In this document: one piece after another, positions 52,461 to 64,000 of the stretch
How the letters are laid out: each line of letters opens with the position of its first letter
How positions within the stretch are numbered: the first letter of the stretch is position 1
Assembly: GCA_030265395.1 (NCBI GenBank)
Contig: JARFYF010000063.1
Span: 48,518,236 to 48,582,235, forward strand
Length of the DNA stretch: 64,000 bases
Direction of reading: 5' to 3'
DNA from: Rhina ancylostomus
Taxonomy: Eukaryota
Notes under the pieces: model-generated
Told to the model about the DNA's origin: nothing
Databases searched by the model: none
What the model saw: only the letters and a program-made list of their open reading frames with translations
Made by a program: the position numbers and the translations under genes

Positions 52461-54111
52461 GCTCTGCAATTCTTATCAGGGAAATATTGGAAGATTGGAG
52501 CTCTTTTGAGCTGTTATTAGAGTTCATGATTTCTTTGCATCAAGGAACAAGGAAGTCCTTGGATTTTTAAGGGAAATTGTATTTGAGTATTAGTGAGAAC
52601 AATGATTTTAATTTTGCATAGCATGTGTTTTTGTAATATGCGATTCTCTGCTTATTAATTTCAAACTATACAAAACTCTATATTTCTATAGATGAATCCC
52701 TTTCTAAAAAACAAGTCTCAATCTCTCGTTGCTTGTAAACAGAACAACATATACGTACTCACACAAAATATAAATCTGTTGTGCTTTTACATCATATTTG
52801 ATCCAAGCAAGCTGGATTCTTGTTAATATATACATAAAAAATTAAAATCAAAGATTTAAAGATGCATTAGTATCCACACTTGATAACCACAGTTAAACAC
52901 ACTCAGGTTTCTCTACACCATTGATCATACATATTCTTTAGTTATAGGTTTCCTTGTTTTTCAAAATTAAAACACAGTCCTTCTCTATTCAATCATCAGA
53001 AGAAATCTGCATAATAATCAAAATGCAACTTCCGAAGATACGCACTCAGGGACTATCATATACCCACTTCTACCACTCATTGGTCATCAGATTCATTTCA
53101 TACCACCAAAGATGATGCATAATTATTAGTAATTAGCATGACGCAGCATCTTTTCTCAGGCTTTGATGCGGTGCGGGTTTTCCAATTATCTCGTCTCTAA
53201 GCAAATGTCTGAAGGTCAGTTGAGCTGATTGAAATAAGGACTGAAACTTGATCTGCCACAGAACCCACAGCTGATGGCACACACAGGAAGAGTTCAGTGT
53301 GAGCTGTGGTGGTGAGCAAGAATAGTCAGCTCTGCTGCAAATGATTCCACTAAAGGAAAAGCTTCAGTTGGCAGCAATTTAAACGCACAACTTTTAGCAT
53401 CCTCACAGGTGTGATCTGAAGGCTACTCTGCAAGACTCAAACAAAGAAGTTTTTGCCACCTGAGGGCCACAAGATGAACACTGTTCACTTAAAGTGGTTT
53501 GCAAAAGGTTTAATTTGCTACTAGTGAAAAAACACGTCCATTGAAGCACAGTGTCTGCAGTTTCCAATTCTGTCACATGCCTGTGGAAAAAAGTCTCCAC
53601 CCAGTAAAAGGGCTTTCACTGTAACTAGCTTTGCCCATTAACCTGGCTCAGAGCTAACCTAGTTATCCTGTAATAGTTTAGCACAGCTTTGGTTGACCCA
53701 ATATTTGGAGCCATCTGTGACTGGATGCAATTCCAGTTTCTATCATATTTGCCTCTCCCTCTGACTGCTTGGACAGCACCATATTTCCCTCCTCTTGGTT
53801 AGTTGGAGCAGTGTCCAGGTATATTAGCCTTAAATATTGGGAGGCTCCTGGTTAATGCTAAACAGTCAGCAACCTCACGATACCTTCCGCCTCTCTCAGT
53901 ATTCATAACGTAAATTTCTAAAATGATTTTCAAATGTGTTATAAAGATGGGTGGAAATCTGAAACAGCAAAACAAAAGATGTCCCCAGGCAGAAAGGAAG
54001 AGTTGAGCACATATCTGCAGAATGGAGAAGACTGGGGTGGAATGGAAAATGGCTGGTGTGCTGAAGATTTCATTTTGCTTGCACTGCAGTTTCTTTTCTT
54101 TATCTCCATAG

Positions 54112-54258
54112 GCAACCCATTCCAACCACCTATGGAAGAGGGCTGTCGAAGGTGGAATTCTTTGCGGCCACGATCGATGCTGTCCCCTGACCGCCCGGCA
54201 GGAGGCAGATTTCTACCGAGCCAGCAGTGGATGTTCACTGGGTATCTGCCATTTAGAA
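54112..54258 (+). ncRNA. Candidate exon (147 nt) of the host transcript, 3.2 kb upstream of miR-181a
   Basis: Strong acceptor tttcttttctttatctccatag|G and donor GAA|GTGAGT. The body is GC/CpG-rich against an AT-rich background. Confidence 0.55.
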
Positions 54259-57200
54259 GTGAGTAGTTCTGTGCATTAAATATTAGACATAGCTCACAGC
54301 TTCAGACAACTAGGCATGCCTTGCCAACTTGAACCTAATTAGGCACAATGCCACCAACTCACCTCTACAGCTACTCCCTAAACTCTCTGCCTTGTAATTT
54401 CAACAGAATTGCAGCTATATAATATAACATAAATCAATCCTCCAAACAGGGAATTATTTTAAAGTTCCGATTGCCAAGCATAATAAAAGTTTACAGGTCT
54501 AATGTGCAAAGCAGACAACTGGAACCATTCCAAAATAGTTGTTCACAATACTCTTCAACAACTTAACATTGCTTGCTCCCTCACTCTGCCTCTATCTCCA
54601 CCCAATCAACACTTCCATTCTGATTCCAGCCAGAAGGGGTAATAATTCAATTTTAGCTGGGCTACTTACTGTTTTCCATGCGTTTTAGAGACCATTTGGC
54701 ATTTGAGGGTTCTTGAATATGCTTTAATTGATTCTGAAAGTCAATCATTAGTGTGTTATACTGAAATCTTCCCAGCAAAATACTAAAGGGAAATTACATC
54801 TTTAAGCCATTATCTTGGCTGCTGCACCCTTGCCAGACCTGAACCCTAGAGTGTGAGCAGCAGTTATGTTTGAACCTGATCATTAAGGAAACTGTTCCCT
54901 GTGTTTGTGGATTTAAAGCCCCTGTGTTGGCTAGAAAGAAGCAAACAAATCAAATCCTACTGCGACGACATAAGCACTGAGAACTGACATTTTCTGTTAT
55001 CCTACGAGAATGAACATTAGCTTTGGAACAATGTCAAAGCCAAGCTGTTATTCCAAACAATACATTTGGCAGCTTCAGTAATCTCGGCAAGGCTCTTATA
55101 AGGCTACCTCAACCCAGCACCATTTAAAAAGGTCAGCATTACCTTTAAAAAAACAGTTCTAACCTTAAAAAATGATCAAATGTTGACAACTATTATCAGC
55201 TGGGTTTCCTTGTTTTTCAGCAAGGAAAAAGTTAATTATTATTTCAGTTTGATTTGTTGATGAAACCAAAGTCTTAATTGTGGAGTAATAGGTTAGGTCC
55301 TTCTCCAGAGACCTTGAGCAGATGGTCTATGTGGACACATCAATTCAATGCCAATAGAGTGTTGTGCAATCAGAAGTATTACCTCGTCAATTGAAGGGGG
55401 AGAGAGAGAGGAAGGACAATGATGAGCAAACATCAGGCGTTATTAGAAAAGCAGGGATTTCTCTTGGCATATTGGCCGACATTCCTCCCTCATTATCCCT
55501 GCCAGAAATAGAGGAAGATGACAGTTGTGCAATATATCCACATTTTATTCATAGCTAATTTCTAAATGTGTTGGATTGCAGAAAGGATCCAGGGAACATG
55601 ACTGAAATCTTTCTATTACTGATCTTTTTTGCATTCTATGACTAGAATGACTAGACTTTCTGTGAAAAGTACCAACAATTTCCATGGAGTAAGCTTCATC
55701 AACGGCAGAAAGTTGTTTTCAAAGCATCCCTGAGTCCTTCTNNNNNNNNNNNNNNNNNNNNNNNNNNNNNNNNNNNNNNNNNNNNNNNNNNNNNNNNNNN
55801 NNNNNNNNNNNNNNNNNNNNNNNNNNNNNNNNNNNNNNNNNTCCTTCTCCAGTAATTCTATTCTATTACTGTTCAGGGAGCACTCAGGTCATATTAATAA
55901 CATTTAAGCTTTTTTTTTGTTTTACTTCATAAATGAAATTGAACATCTTCCTATCATCACCAATCTTGAACAGGGAAGCAAATATTTGTGACTTTACAGG
56001 AATACATAACACAGTAGAAATGCTTTCATTGCATTTTGTTTATTATAGCAGTGGTTTGAGTCTTGAGTTAACCACTAAAATCTCTTGTGTCTGGGTCACC
56101 CAAACCTTCGTCCCTGTTCTGGAAGCTACAGACTAGCAAATCCTTTATAATTATACACTGGGCACAGACTGCATGAGTGGAAAGTTTAAATCATTCCACA
56201 TCTCCAAATTGGGTTCAGACAACTCACTGGTACAGTCCAATGCCTTTGGGTTCATATTCTGCTTTTAAAAGGTCATATGATCTATACACTCATGCACACG
56301 TGCCTGCAATGCACACATTTGCCATCTTACAATGGAAGAAAGGTACAGTTGCACAATAGTTCATAGAAGACCTTGCACAAAATTGTTAAACTGCCATCAT
56401 ACTGGCTTCCTGCCATCTATGTCGCAAATTCATCTCGCATCATTCTTTAGACCTCAATCCAAATGGCAGCCAAATGATTTTCTCCTGCAACTCAGTTTGA
56501 GTTTCAAACCTGCCAAAGCCTTTTTTCTGTATTTAGCCTAAAAAAGAAGCTCCCTGGATTTACTCACTGCAAATGCAGGGAATTTACAACTACTTAAACA
56601 GATGCCAAGCTGTAACATAAGACCCAGAACCTGAATGGGTCACGCTAACCTACTTTACCATAAACAGACTGTAATCATGAAAAACAGCATAATTCGCATG
56701 TGCTGTGGTCACCCTGTATGCCATCTAACCACAAAGAACCAAGCTGGTGAAAACTGCTGTGGGTTAAATATTCTATGTGGATTCTTCCTTTGTGCATACA
56801 TTTTAAATACATCGTTTCAACGTCTGTATGATTAATCATCTATTTCCTTTGTGCAGATTCCAGACTTTTATCCACAGGCAATGCAGTGTATTAGTCAAAA
56901 AGCATGCTATTTGTTTGAAAAGGAATTTCTTTGTAAGATGTATTTCTTGCTGTCACCATTGTTCATTTAATTGCCTTTTCTCCCAAATTTTCCATTCTTA
57001 AAAGGTTGATATTTTTTTTCTCTCCATGGTAGTGGTGGTGGGGGTTAAAGGTGTGGGGGTGGCAGGGGGGAAGCATTGAGGAAAAATGTCTTTCAGTGAA
57101 AGCAATCAATCATTGCCTCCTCACATTGTTAGAGCCCTACAGACTGTAATAGCAAGGGGAATTTTTTTGCATGCAAACAGATTTTAAATATTTCTAAAAT

Positions 57201-57400
57201 GATTTATTCAATTAGAGAATGCTCTTTGTGAGCTCCTGGCTCAGAATTCTTGCCAATTTTTTGCAGATTTAACTGATTAGAATACCTTTGTGTCAGAAAA
57301 TTGCAAAAGAATTGCATGCCATAGACGATGAATTAGAGCCTTTTACAAAAATCTCTCAGCTTCTGGATTTTTTTTTCCTCCCTTTAAATTGTTACGTTTA

Positions 57401-57487
57401 CTGGTGGCTTCAGGGAACATTCAACGCTGTCGGTGAGTTTGATGCTATTGGAGAAACCATCGACCGTTGATTGTACCTTGTAGCCAG
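57401..57487 (+). ncRNA. MIR181A1: pri/pre-miR-181a hairpin (best fit miR-181a-1)
   Basis: 5p AACATTCAACGCTGTCGGTGAGT (57416-57438) is the canonical miR-181a-5p. 3p ACCATCGACCGTTGATTGTACC (57456-57477) is miR-181a-1-3p (miR-213). Basal UG at -14 (57402) and CNNC (CGAC at 57495). The family is certain; the paralogue number is less so. Confidence 0.97.
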
Positions 57488-57620
57488 CCTCTTCCGACTG
57501 CCTTTGGGCTAGTTCAGGCCACGTAGAACAGTCTGAAACCTATTTTCTGTTTGTTATGACGGATGCTAACACGATCATTACAGATAATTTCGGGGAATGT
57601 GGAAAACAAGTTCCTGCAAA

Positions 57621-57699
57621 GGTCACAATCAACATTCATTGCTGTCGGTGGGTTTAACTATATGGTAAAGCTCTCTGAACAATGAATTCAACTGTGGCC
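57621..57699 (+). ncRNA. MIR181B1: pri/pre-miR-181b hairpin (best fit miR-181b-1)
   Basis: 5p AACATTCATTGCTGTCGGTGGGT (57631-57653) is miR-181b-5p. Flanks AAGGTCACAATC and AACTGTGGCCC are as in miR-181b-1. 3p is CTCTCTGAACAATGAATTCAA (57671-57691). The 5p starts 215 nt after the miR-181a 5p. Confidence 0.96.
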
Positions 57700-60600
57700 C
57701 AGATTTTAGCAACAGCACCTACAGATTCTACATTGGACAAGGCGGAGCTGGGATAGGTTATGATCCAAAGATAATACTTGTTTATATTTTGCATGCTTTC
57801 ATATGTAGACAAGATATTAACAATGTTATTTACTCATAACTACTATGAATCGTGTGATGATAAAACCCTCATCTGGAATTGATCAGTGAATTTAACACGT
57901 TTGTAGCTTTAACATTGCAACCGGATTTTAACAGATGTACTGTTAAGACTTCTTGAAAGCCTTGGTCTTGTGACTGAGACGTTCTTGTCAGTTAGAAAGT
58001 GGCGATTACAAAAGAGTACCCCGTAGTACAGGCACATTGTGAAAATTACTAAGTGAACATTCTTTTCAAATCTTTCACCATTGAAAAAGATAAGAATTCC
58101 TGTTTGTTATGAAACAGATGTCACAAAGTGAGATGATTTTTGCCAGATGACTGTAGAAAAGGCTGAACCAGCCTAATGCAAACAAAGGTTCATTCAAGCA
58201 TTTGAACTAAATCAAGTATCTGAATAGTTGATCCTAGTTGGAATAGATCAAAAATGCTTTCTGGTTCAAGCCAGTTGGAGTCATTTGGAGTATTCTTTTC
58301 ACCCAGTTCTTGCTGGACTTGCTAGGCACGATTGGTGTTGAATTCAGCTGCTCTGCCTGGCTTGGCCCCAACTAAATTAGTTCCCCTATCGCTGCAGTAA
58401 TATTACATAATATCAAACAACCATCACCAATATCTCCAAGAGTCCCAGCTCAGTTGCAGAGTACACACCATGTCTTTCACCAAATGCTTTCTTTCACTGA
58501 GCTGTATATTTATGTATGATAAAAATGTAACAGAAAATAAACTTTGCATCTGTCTTCTCGCAAAAAATTACTTGAGGCTTCCTTAATCTATACATGTGGC
58601 ACATGAAAATGAAGTAGTTACAGTAACTTGCCATAAACTTTTTTCAGTAGGTATACTGATAAAGAAAATGTGCTTTGCTAGTATTTGGAATAGTTTTGAG
58701 AGGTTGGCTGCCAAAACAAGTATTTAAGGTGTCATGTTGTACTTTGGGACGTTCAACTGAGCATATTCTGCACCATTATGCTGGAGATATGATCTCCTTA
58801 AATCCAAAATCTATTCATTTAGTTTCCTTTCATTGACAACTAACTAAACTGTCTGCAATACAATTTTCACTTCCTCATCCCCTAATACTGTACTGTAACA
58901 TTTGCTATTGGCTTTAAAGCACTTTGGGATATTCCAAGTTTGTGAAAGGTGCTTTACATATTTTTTAAAGTTTTTTTTTAACAGTCTTTCAGGCCAGTAG
59001 TGTTCATTTTATTCCCTCCCACTGTCTGAGATTGTGAAACCATCACTTTAATGCACAAAAAAAGTGTTTGTTGCAGAAATCAGGCATTTAAAATAAACAT
59101 AATCAAGAAAAATCATGCTTCATTTGCAAGAAATTTATAAACCCCAAAGAGGTTATGTACAAAACAAAAGAGAGAGAGAAAATGAGCAAGGATTTAATTG
59201 TTCCTGACTTGGGTTTTACCTTTGTGGAAATTGTTTTCAAGATCATTCTTTTTATAAGGCAGATTTGAAGAAGGGAAGCTAAATTGTGTATAAACTGCCT
59301 GTCTCCTATTTTAATGTACCTCTTGAAACCTTAAAACATTTTGATGATCAGTCAGAATTCTTAAAGATTGGAATAAATTACTGAATTTGTTTCATCTCAA
59401 GCAAGTATGACTTTCAGACTTGCATTGTATTTTATTCTTCATGGCAAAAGTGATAAGTTTAAAACAGGATACATTTGGTAACTCCAGGCCTGATCCTCAG
59501 CATCCTTTCCAATTGTGGATAGCCTCATCAGTTTACATCATCTTGTCCTCAGCAATGCCCAGATACTTATTTCCATTTGGAAATGGGAGCACTGACCAAT
59601 TTTCAACTCGGCCGTGTTCAAAACCTCCATCCCAGACTAGGCGTACTTCTGAAACTATGTTAGAAACCTTTAGTTAGGACAAAGAATTATATTTAAATTT
59701 TTATTATACAGTTTTAATGTACAGTTTGTTAAAGAGCAATAGATGACATTTAAAATCATATTACATTTGCTGGTTTTAGTTGTGTTATCCTTGGTAATAT
59801 TTAGGATTTATTGCACTGCAATGGTAGAAAATATACCATTAGATATGACAAAATTTTAAATGTTACAGAAAATCAGTAGTATTTTAATCTGATTTTCCTA
59901 AAATGAAAATTATTTGCTTGCTGTATTCTTTATGCAGACTTAATTTGTCTTAAATGCTTTAATTATACTTTTCATTTGTTTGAAAGGTATATTTTTCAAT
60001 AACTGTTGAGTATGCTCATTTACTTAAATTGTACTTTGCTAACTATTTAACTCACCATTGAAGACAATGACAGGGAAGTGATTAGTTGCCTTTGCTCTCA
60101 CAGAAAAATAATCCAGAACATTGAAAACAGATGTACCTGTCTTAGGTGTTACAACTAAACTCATACCAACACAAATTTTCAATCATTATTTTAAACTGTC
60201 TTAAAGCATCACATAGCATTTGTATGGTTCAGTAAAGTTTGAAAGTTAGCAGCGGAGAGACCTTGCTAATACTTGAGAGTTTTCCATGAAAAGAGAATAG
60301 ACTGCACTAGGGTTCCTAAACAAAATAAAAGATACACTGATGTGGTTTAGAATTATGAGCTGGTTAGACCTAGTTTTTATGTGCCCTGCTAAATATTTGG
60401 ACTGGAAGCCTATTGTCACTACAGTCCATTGAAGCAGGCTAGTTTGTAGATGTTAAACACAGTAATATGTGGAATATTAACTACTTAAATATCCCATTTT
60501 CGAGTATAGCACATGTAATTGAGAAATCAACACAAGGCTACAACAACCCGGTGTTGCTGATTTAGTTTAAGTGGAGCAACAACATTTGTCCCAGGAGCAG

Positions 60601-62799
60601 ACACATTTAATTAGAGATATTCTTTGAACTGAATTCAAAAGGCAGCATGAGCAAAGCTTGACAAGTTCAACAGAATATTTCTTACGTTTTTCCAAATTTC
60701 TTCTGAAAACAGTATGTGCAATTCTTATGCAAAAAGAAACTTCCTGAAAATAGTATCATGTAACACTTCAGACATCAAGATTTAATGTGGAATAATATCA
60801 AAAGAAATGAACTCAGCCATTTGTGGGTTTATTTCTTTCTGAAAATTTCCTGCTCTACAGTCATTTTCCTGTCTGCATACTTCTTGAGCAACAATAACTT
60901 TCAATTGGTTTCAGACTGCATTAAGCAGCAAATTTTGTGGTCTTAAAGAGACAGGCTAACCTTAAAAGTTGCTTGATTAGCAGCCTATTTATGCAGTGTG
61001 TCATTCAACTTAACTGTGCATAATCGAATGGAATATCTGCTAATTAATTATTCTTTTTCAAATATTCTAAAAAAGCACACAATGAATTGAATAAATTACA
61101 ATGTGCAGTTTGTCAGAACTCTTGAGTGTCAGGTCTAATTACTGCCAGGAGTATTGATTCTTAGCCACCGTTTAACCACGATATTGCAGACTTCTCCTCC
61201 GCAGTGACAGATGGCAAATGTGCAGAATTATTGATGCAAACAAACAGGTTTTTCTTGGAAATCAGTAAAATTATTTCATGTTACACGCAGAACCATTTTT
61301 TTTAGGAACAGCAGAATGAGTGATAGAATCCCTTTACTATGGAAGGCTGTGCAAGTGTCCAATGAATGAGGAGCATACTTTGTTTCTGCTGGGTAAACTG
61401 CAGAATTCCAAGTCAGACTTCCATCAAATCGGAGTATTCACTGCACCAGTTTCATTATACCTCCTTTGGATTCTGATTTGAAAATGTATTAAACCATATG
61501 AGGCAGCCCAGCCAACTTCACACATTGTCGCTGATCCAGAAAATAGTCATTCCCCAGAATAAAATAACTAAAAGGAATCATCTTAAAGGCGGCAAGTTAT
61601 AATGACTTACTTTATTATTCATTCTACATTTTTCTCGCCAGAAATGTGTAGTTTTTTTTGGACATGTAACCTATCAATACGAAGATCAAAAGTGGAGTAA
61701 CCAGTAGAGCAGTGATTGCACGCATCAGGGGTTTTGATATATGGAATGTTGTTTCTAAATGCTTCGATGAGCTGAGAGTTAATTCAGCTGATGCTGTTTA
61801 CTGTAATTTACAGCAGCACCATAACAAAAACAGTGCACTCTTCCAAGCATTGGAACATTTAAATAATCTAAATGAATTATAAATCTACACAAAATTCCAG
61901 CAGAATATTTACTCAAAGGCAAACAAACAGAATTATGTAAATTTAGTGCAAATTATATCTGGAATCTTGTGTGTAAAAAATCAGATGTTTCCAACAATGC
62001 ACTTGCAAGGTAATACAGACAGTAATAATGAAGAACATGGGTTACAACATAGGCAGAAAAGATTCACAGATTAACTGAAAAGATTGTGGAATCATTACTG
62101 GCTGTTGCATGATACGAATGACCTCTGAGCTCCAAAGTATGCCTACAGTATATCATGAGGGAAAACTTATGGGGCCATACTGATGTGAACAAATTGCCTT
62201 ACCCCCTACTGCAAAATTAACATTTGTCTGCAGTAAATACAACAGGCAATCTAGAGGTTTGTCCACATACAATGCTGATTCAATGTCTGCACTATTATTT
62301 TGGGACAGTGTACTCCATACAATGCCTGTTCTTATCCTGGCATAAACACACATCAGCAGTAGGATGCATCCCACCAATGCCCACACATAATCCTACTTAA
62401 AAGAGTTAATCAATATCAGTTGCTGTTTTTTTTAGTTGCTGCTGTGATTCTACAAGCACTTGGTGTTTTATACAGTTCAAATTGCAGGAGTCTACAGGGA
62501 GACTCTGTAGAATCTCCAGGAGACTCTATGTGCTGGGTGCTGCAGAACCGTCGATGACTTCAAGGTTTCTGCACAATCTACATGCTCCCAGACATGGGGA
62601 AGTGAGCGGGTATTCTCCTTTGAATACAACATGACTGGGAGAATAAGTGGCATTAGCTATTACAACATTAAGAAGGGGAGGGCGAGAGGAATAGTTGTCA
62701 GGAGGCTATATCCACCTAGAGTGTTCAGGGAGTAATTTTCTTTCTTCAAACTCAATAAAGTATGATGTGCAGGGTGTCTGTTATAGTAAGGACATCCTC

Positions 62800-63400
62800 G
62801 CTGAAATGTGTCATTTGTTGCAGCCACAACATACAATTCTAGAGCAGGGCGCGGACCGACTTGCCAGGACTAATCACATGATTGAGTACTCCAGTGCATA
62901 CATGGACAACGGGCATATAACAAATGGCATGCAGCCATGTGAAATCTGCTGGAGCAGATCATCAGCATGCTGAAACACAATTTCCATCAACTGCTTGGTC
63001 AGATTTTGACTTATCAGAGCACCTTTCCCATTCTCAGGACATTCCATAAAATTCTCCATAATGAAGTACTTTAGATATGTGGCCACTATTGGAGAGGATA
63101 AGTGCTGCAAAGCTTGGCAGAACAGTTCATGTTCATGGTGCTCCACCATATGCTCCAAAACATTGCCATCAAGGTTAGGCAGCTCAAGCCGTCAATGAAG
63201 TGGTTGAGGATCACGGGGAGGAGGAAACCCAGACAGGCACTTAGTGCTCAAGTCTGTGATCCTTGCGTGAAACTAGCGACTACAAGTATAATTCCCCACC
63301 CAACAGAAATTCACAACTTCAGTTGGTCACTGGCCAATGCCTGACCACAGTGCAAACAAAAAAACAATCACCAAATGAACATTGCAAACCTAAGTTATAA
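62800..63400 (+). mobile_element. Degraded PIF/Harbinger transposase C-terminal remnant
   Basis: LQSLAEQFMFMVLHHMLQNIAI resembles the Harbinger/HARBI1 C-terminal motif LQYSPE....I..CC.LHN. Boundaries are approximate. Confidence 0.45.
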
Positions 63401-63548
63401 ATACAATCATACCATGCTTTTCGTAGATATCAACTCATTGTCCTTGCACATATTTTAGTGCCTTTACCAATCGTTGTTCTCCATCACCGTGCTATCCAGT
63501 GACTGTGGCAAAGAGGGATCCAAAACTGTTGACTTGCAATGGCCAAGA

Positions 63549-63846
63549 GGGCACCACAGTGGCACATCTCGTAAAGCTGCTGCCTTGCAGCCCCAGTGAC
63601 TTGGGTTCAATCCCGACCTCTGCTGCTCTCTGTGTGGAGTTTGTATGTTCTCTCTTTGGCAATGTGAGTTTCCCCCAGGTGTCCCATTTTGCTCCCGCAT
63701 CCCAAAGAGGATGATGGCTTGCCGACCTCTGTAGATAGTGCAAGTGGTAGAATCTGGGGAATGTAGGGAGAATAAAATGGGATTAGTGTAATGGGTGCTT
63801 GAGGGTCAGTGTGGACAGTAGGCCAAAAGGCCTATTTCCATGTCCT
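63549..63846 (+). mobile_element. HE1-like V-SINE, near full length
   Basis: tRNA-like head with B box GGTTCAATCCC (63604), tgtgtggagtttgtatgttctc, a degraded V-domain, and a CR1-derived tail. Confidence 0.85.
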
Positions 63847-64000
63847 AGGTCATGATGGATACCCTCAAATCACTCTGGGCCTGGTTGGCTGGCTCTCATT
63901 GCTGATCTTCCACTGCTTGCAGTTCTTAGGCATGTGAAAAGAGGAAAGCACGAGAATAAATGGTGACTAGCAGATGATGTGGTGGTTCTGGCTGAATAGC

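Overview
Vertebrate, AT-rich non-coding DNA. The repeat content (CR1, L2, Rex1/Babar, V-SINEs, Deu-domain SINEs, Penelope-like and Harbinger remnants) points to a cartilaginous fish, probably a batoid. It is a draft assembly with 12 N-gaps. I found no convincing protein-coding gene: the ORF track is mostly noise, gap read-through or TE remnants. The firm landmark is a + strand miR-181a/miR-181b cluster at 57.4-57.7 kb, whose 3p arms and ~0.2 kb spacing best fit the miR-181a-1/b-1 paralogue. A CpG-enriched, multi-donor promoter-like region at ~0.75-5.3 kb and candidate spliced exons at 22.5, 39.1 and 54.1 kb suggest that most of the window is the long pri-miR-181 host transcript (MIR181A1HG-like). 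The best leads are: a 71-nt palindrome whose mismatches are all G.U on the host strand (possible young miRNA-like hairpin); two stem-breaking changes in the miR-181b star arm; a frame-compatible ORF across the candidate host exons; and possible antisense first exons. I cannot support a wholly new biological system from the sequence alone. All family assignments are from recognition, not database searches.
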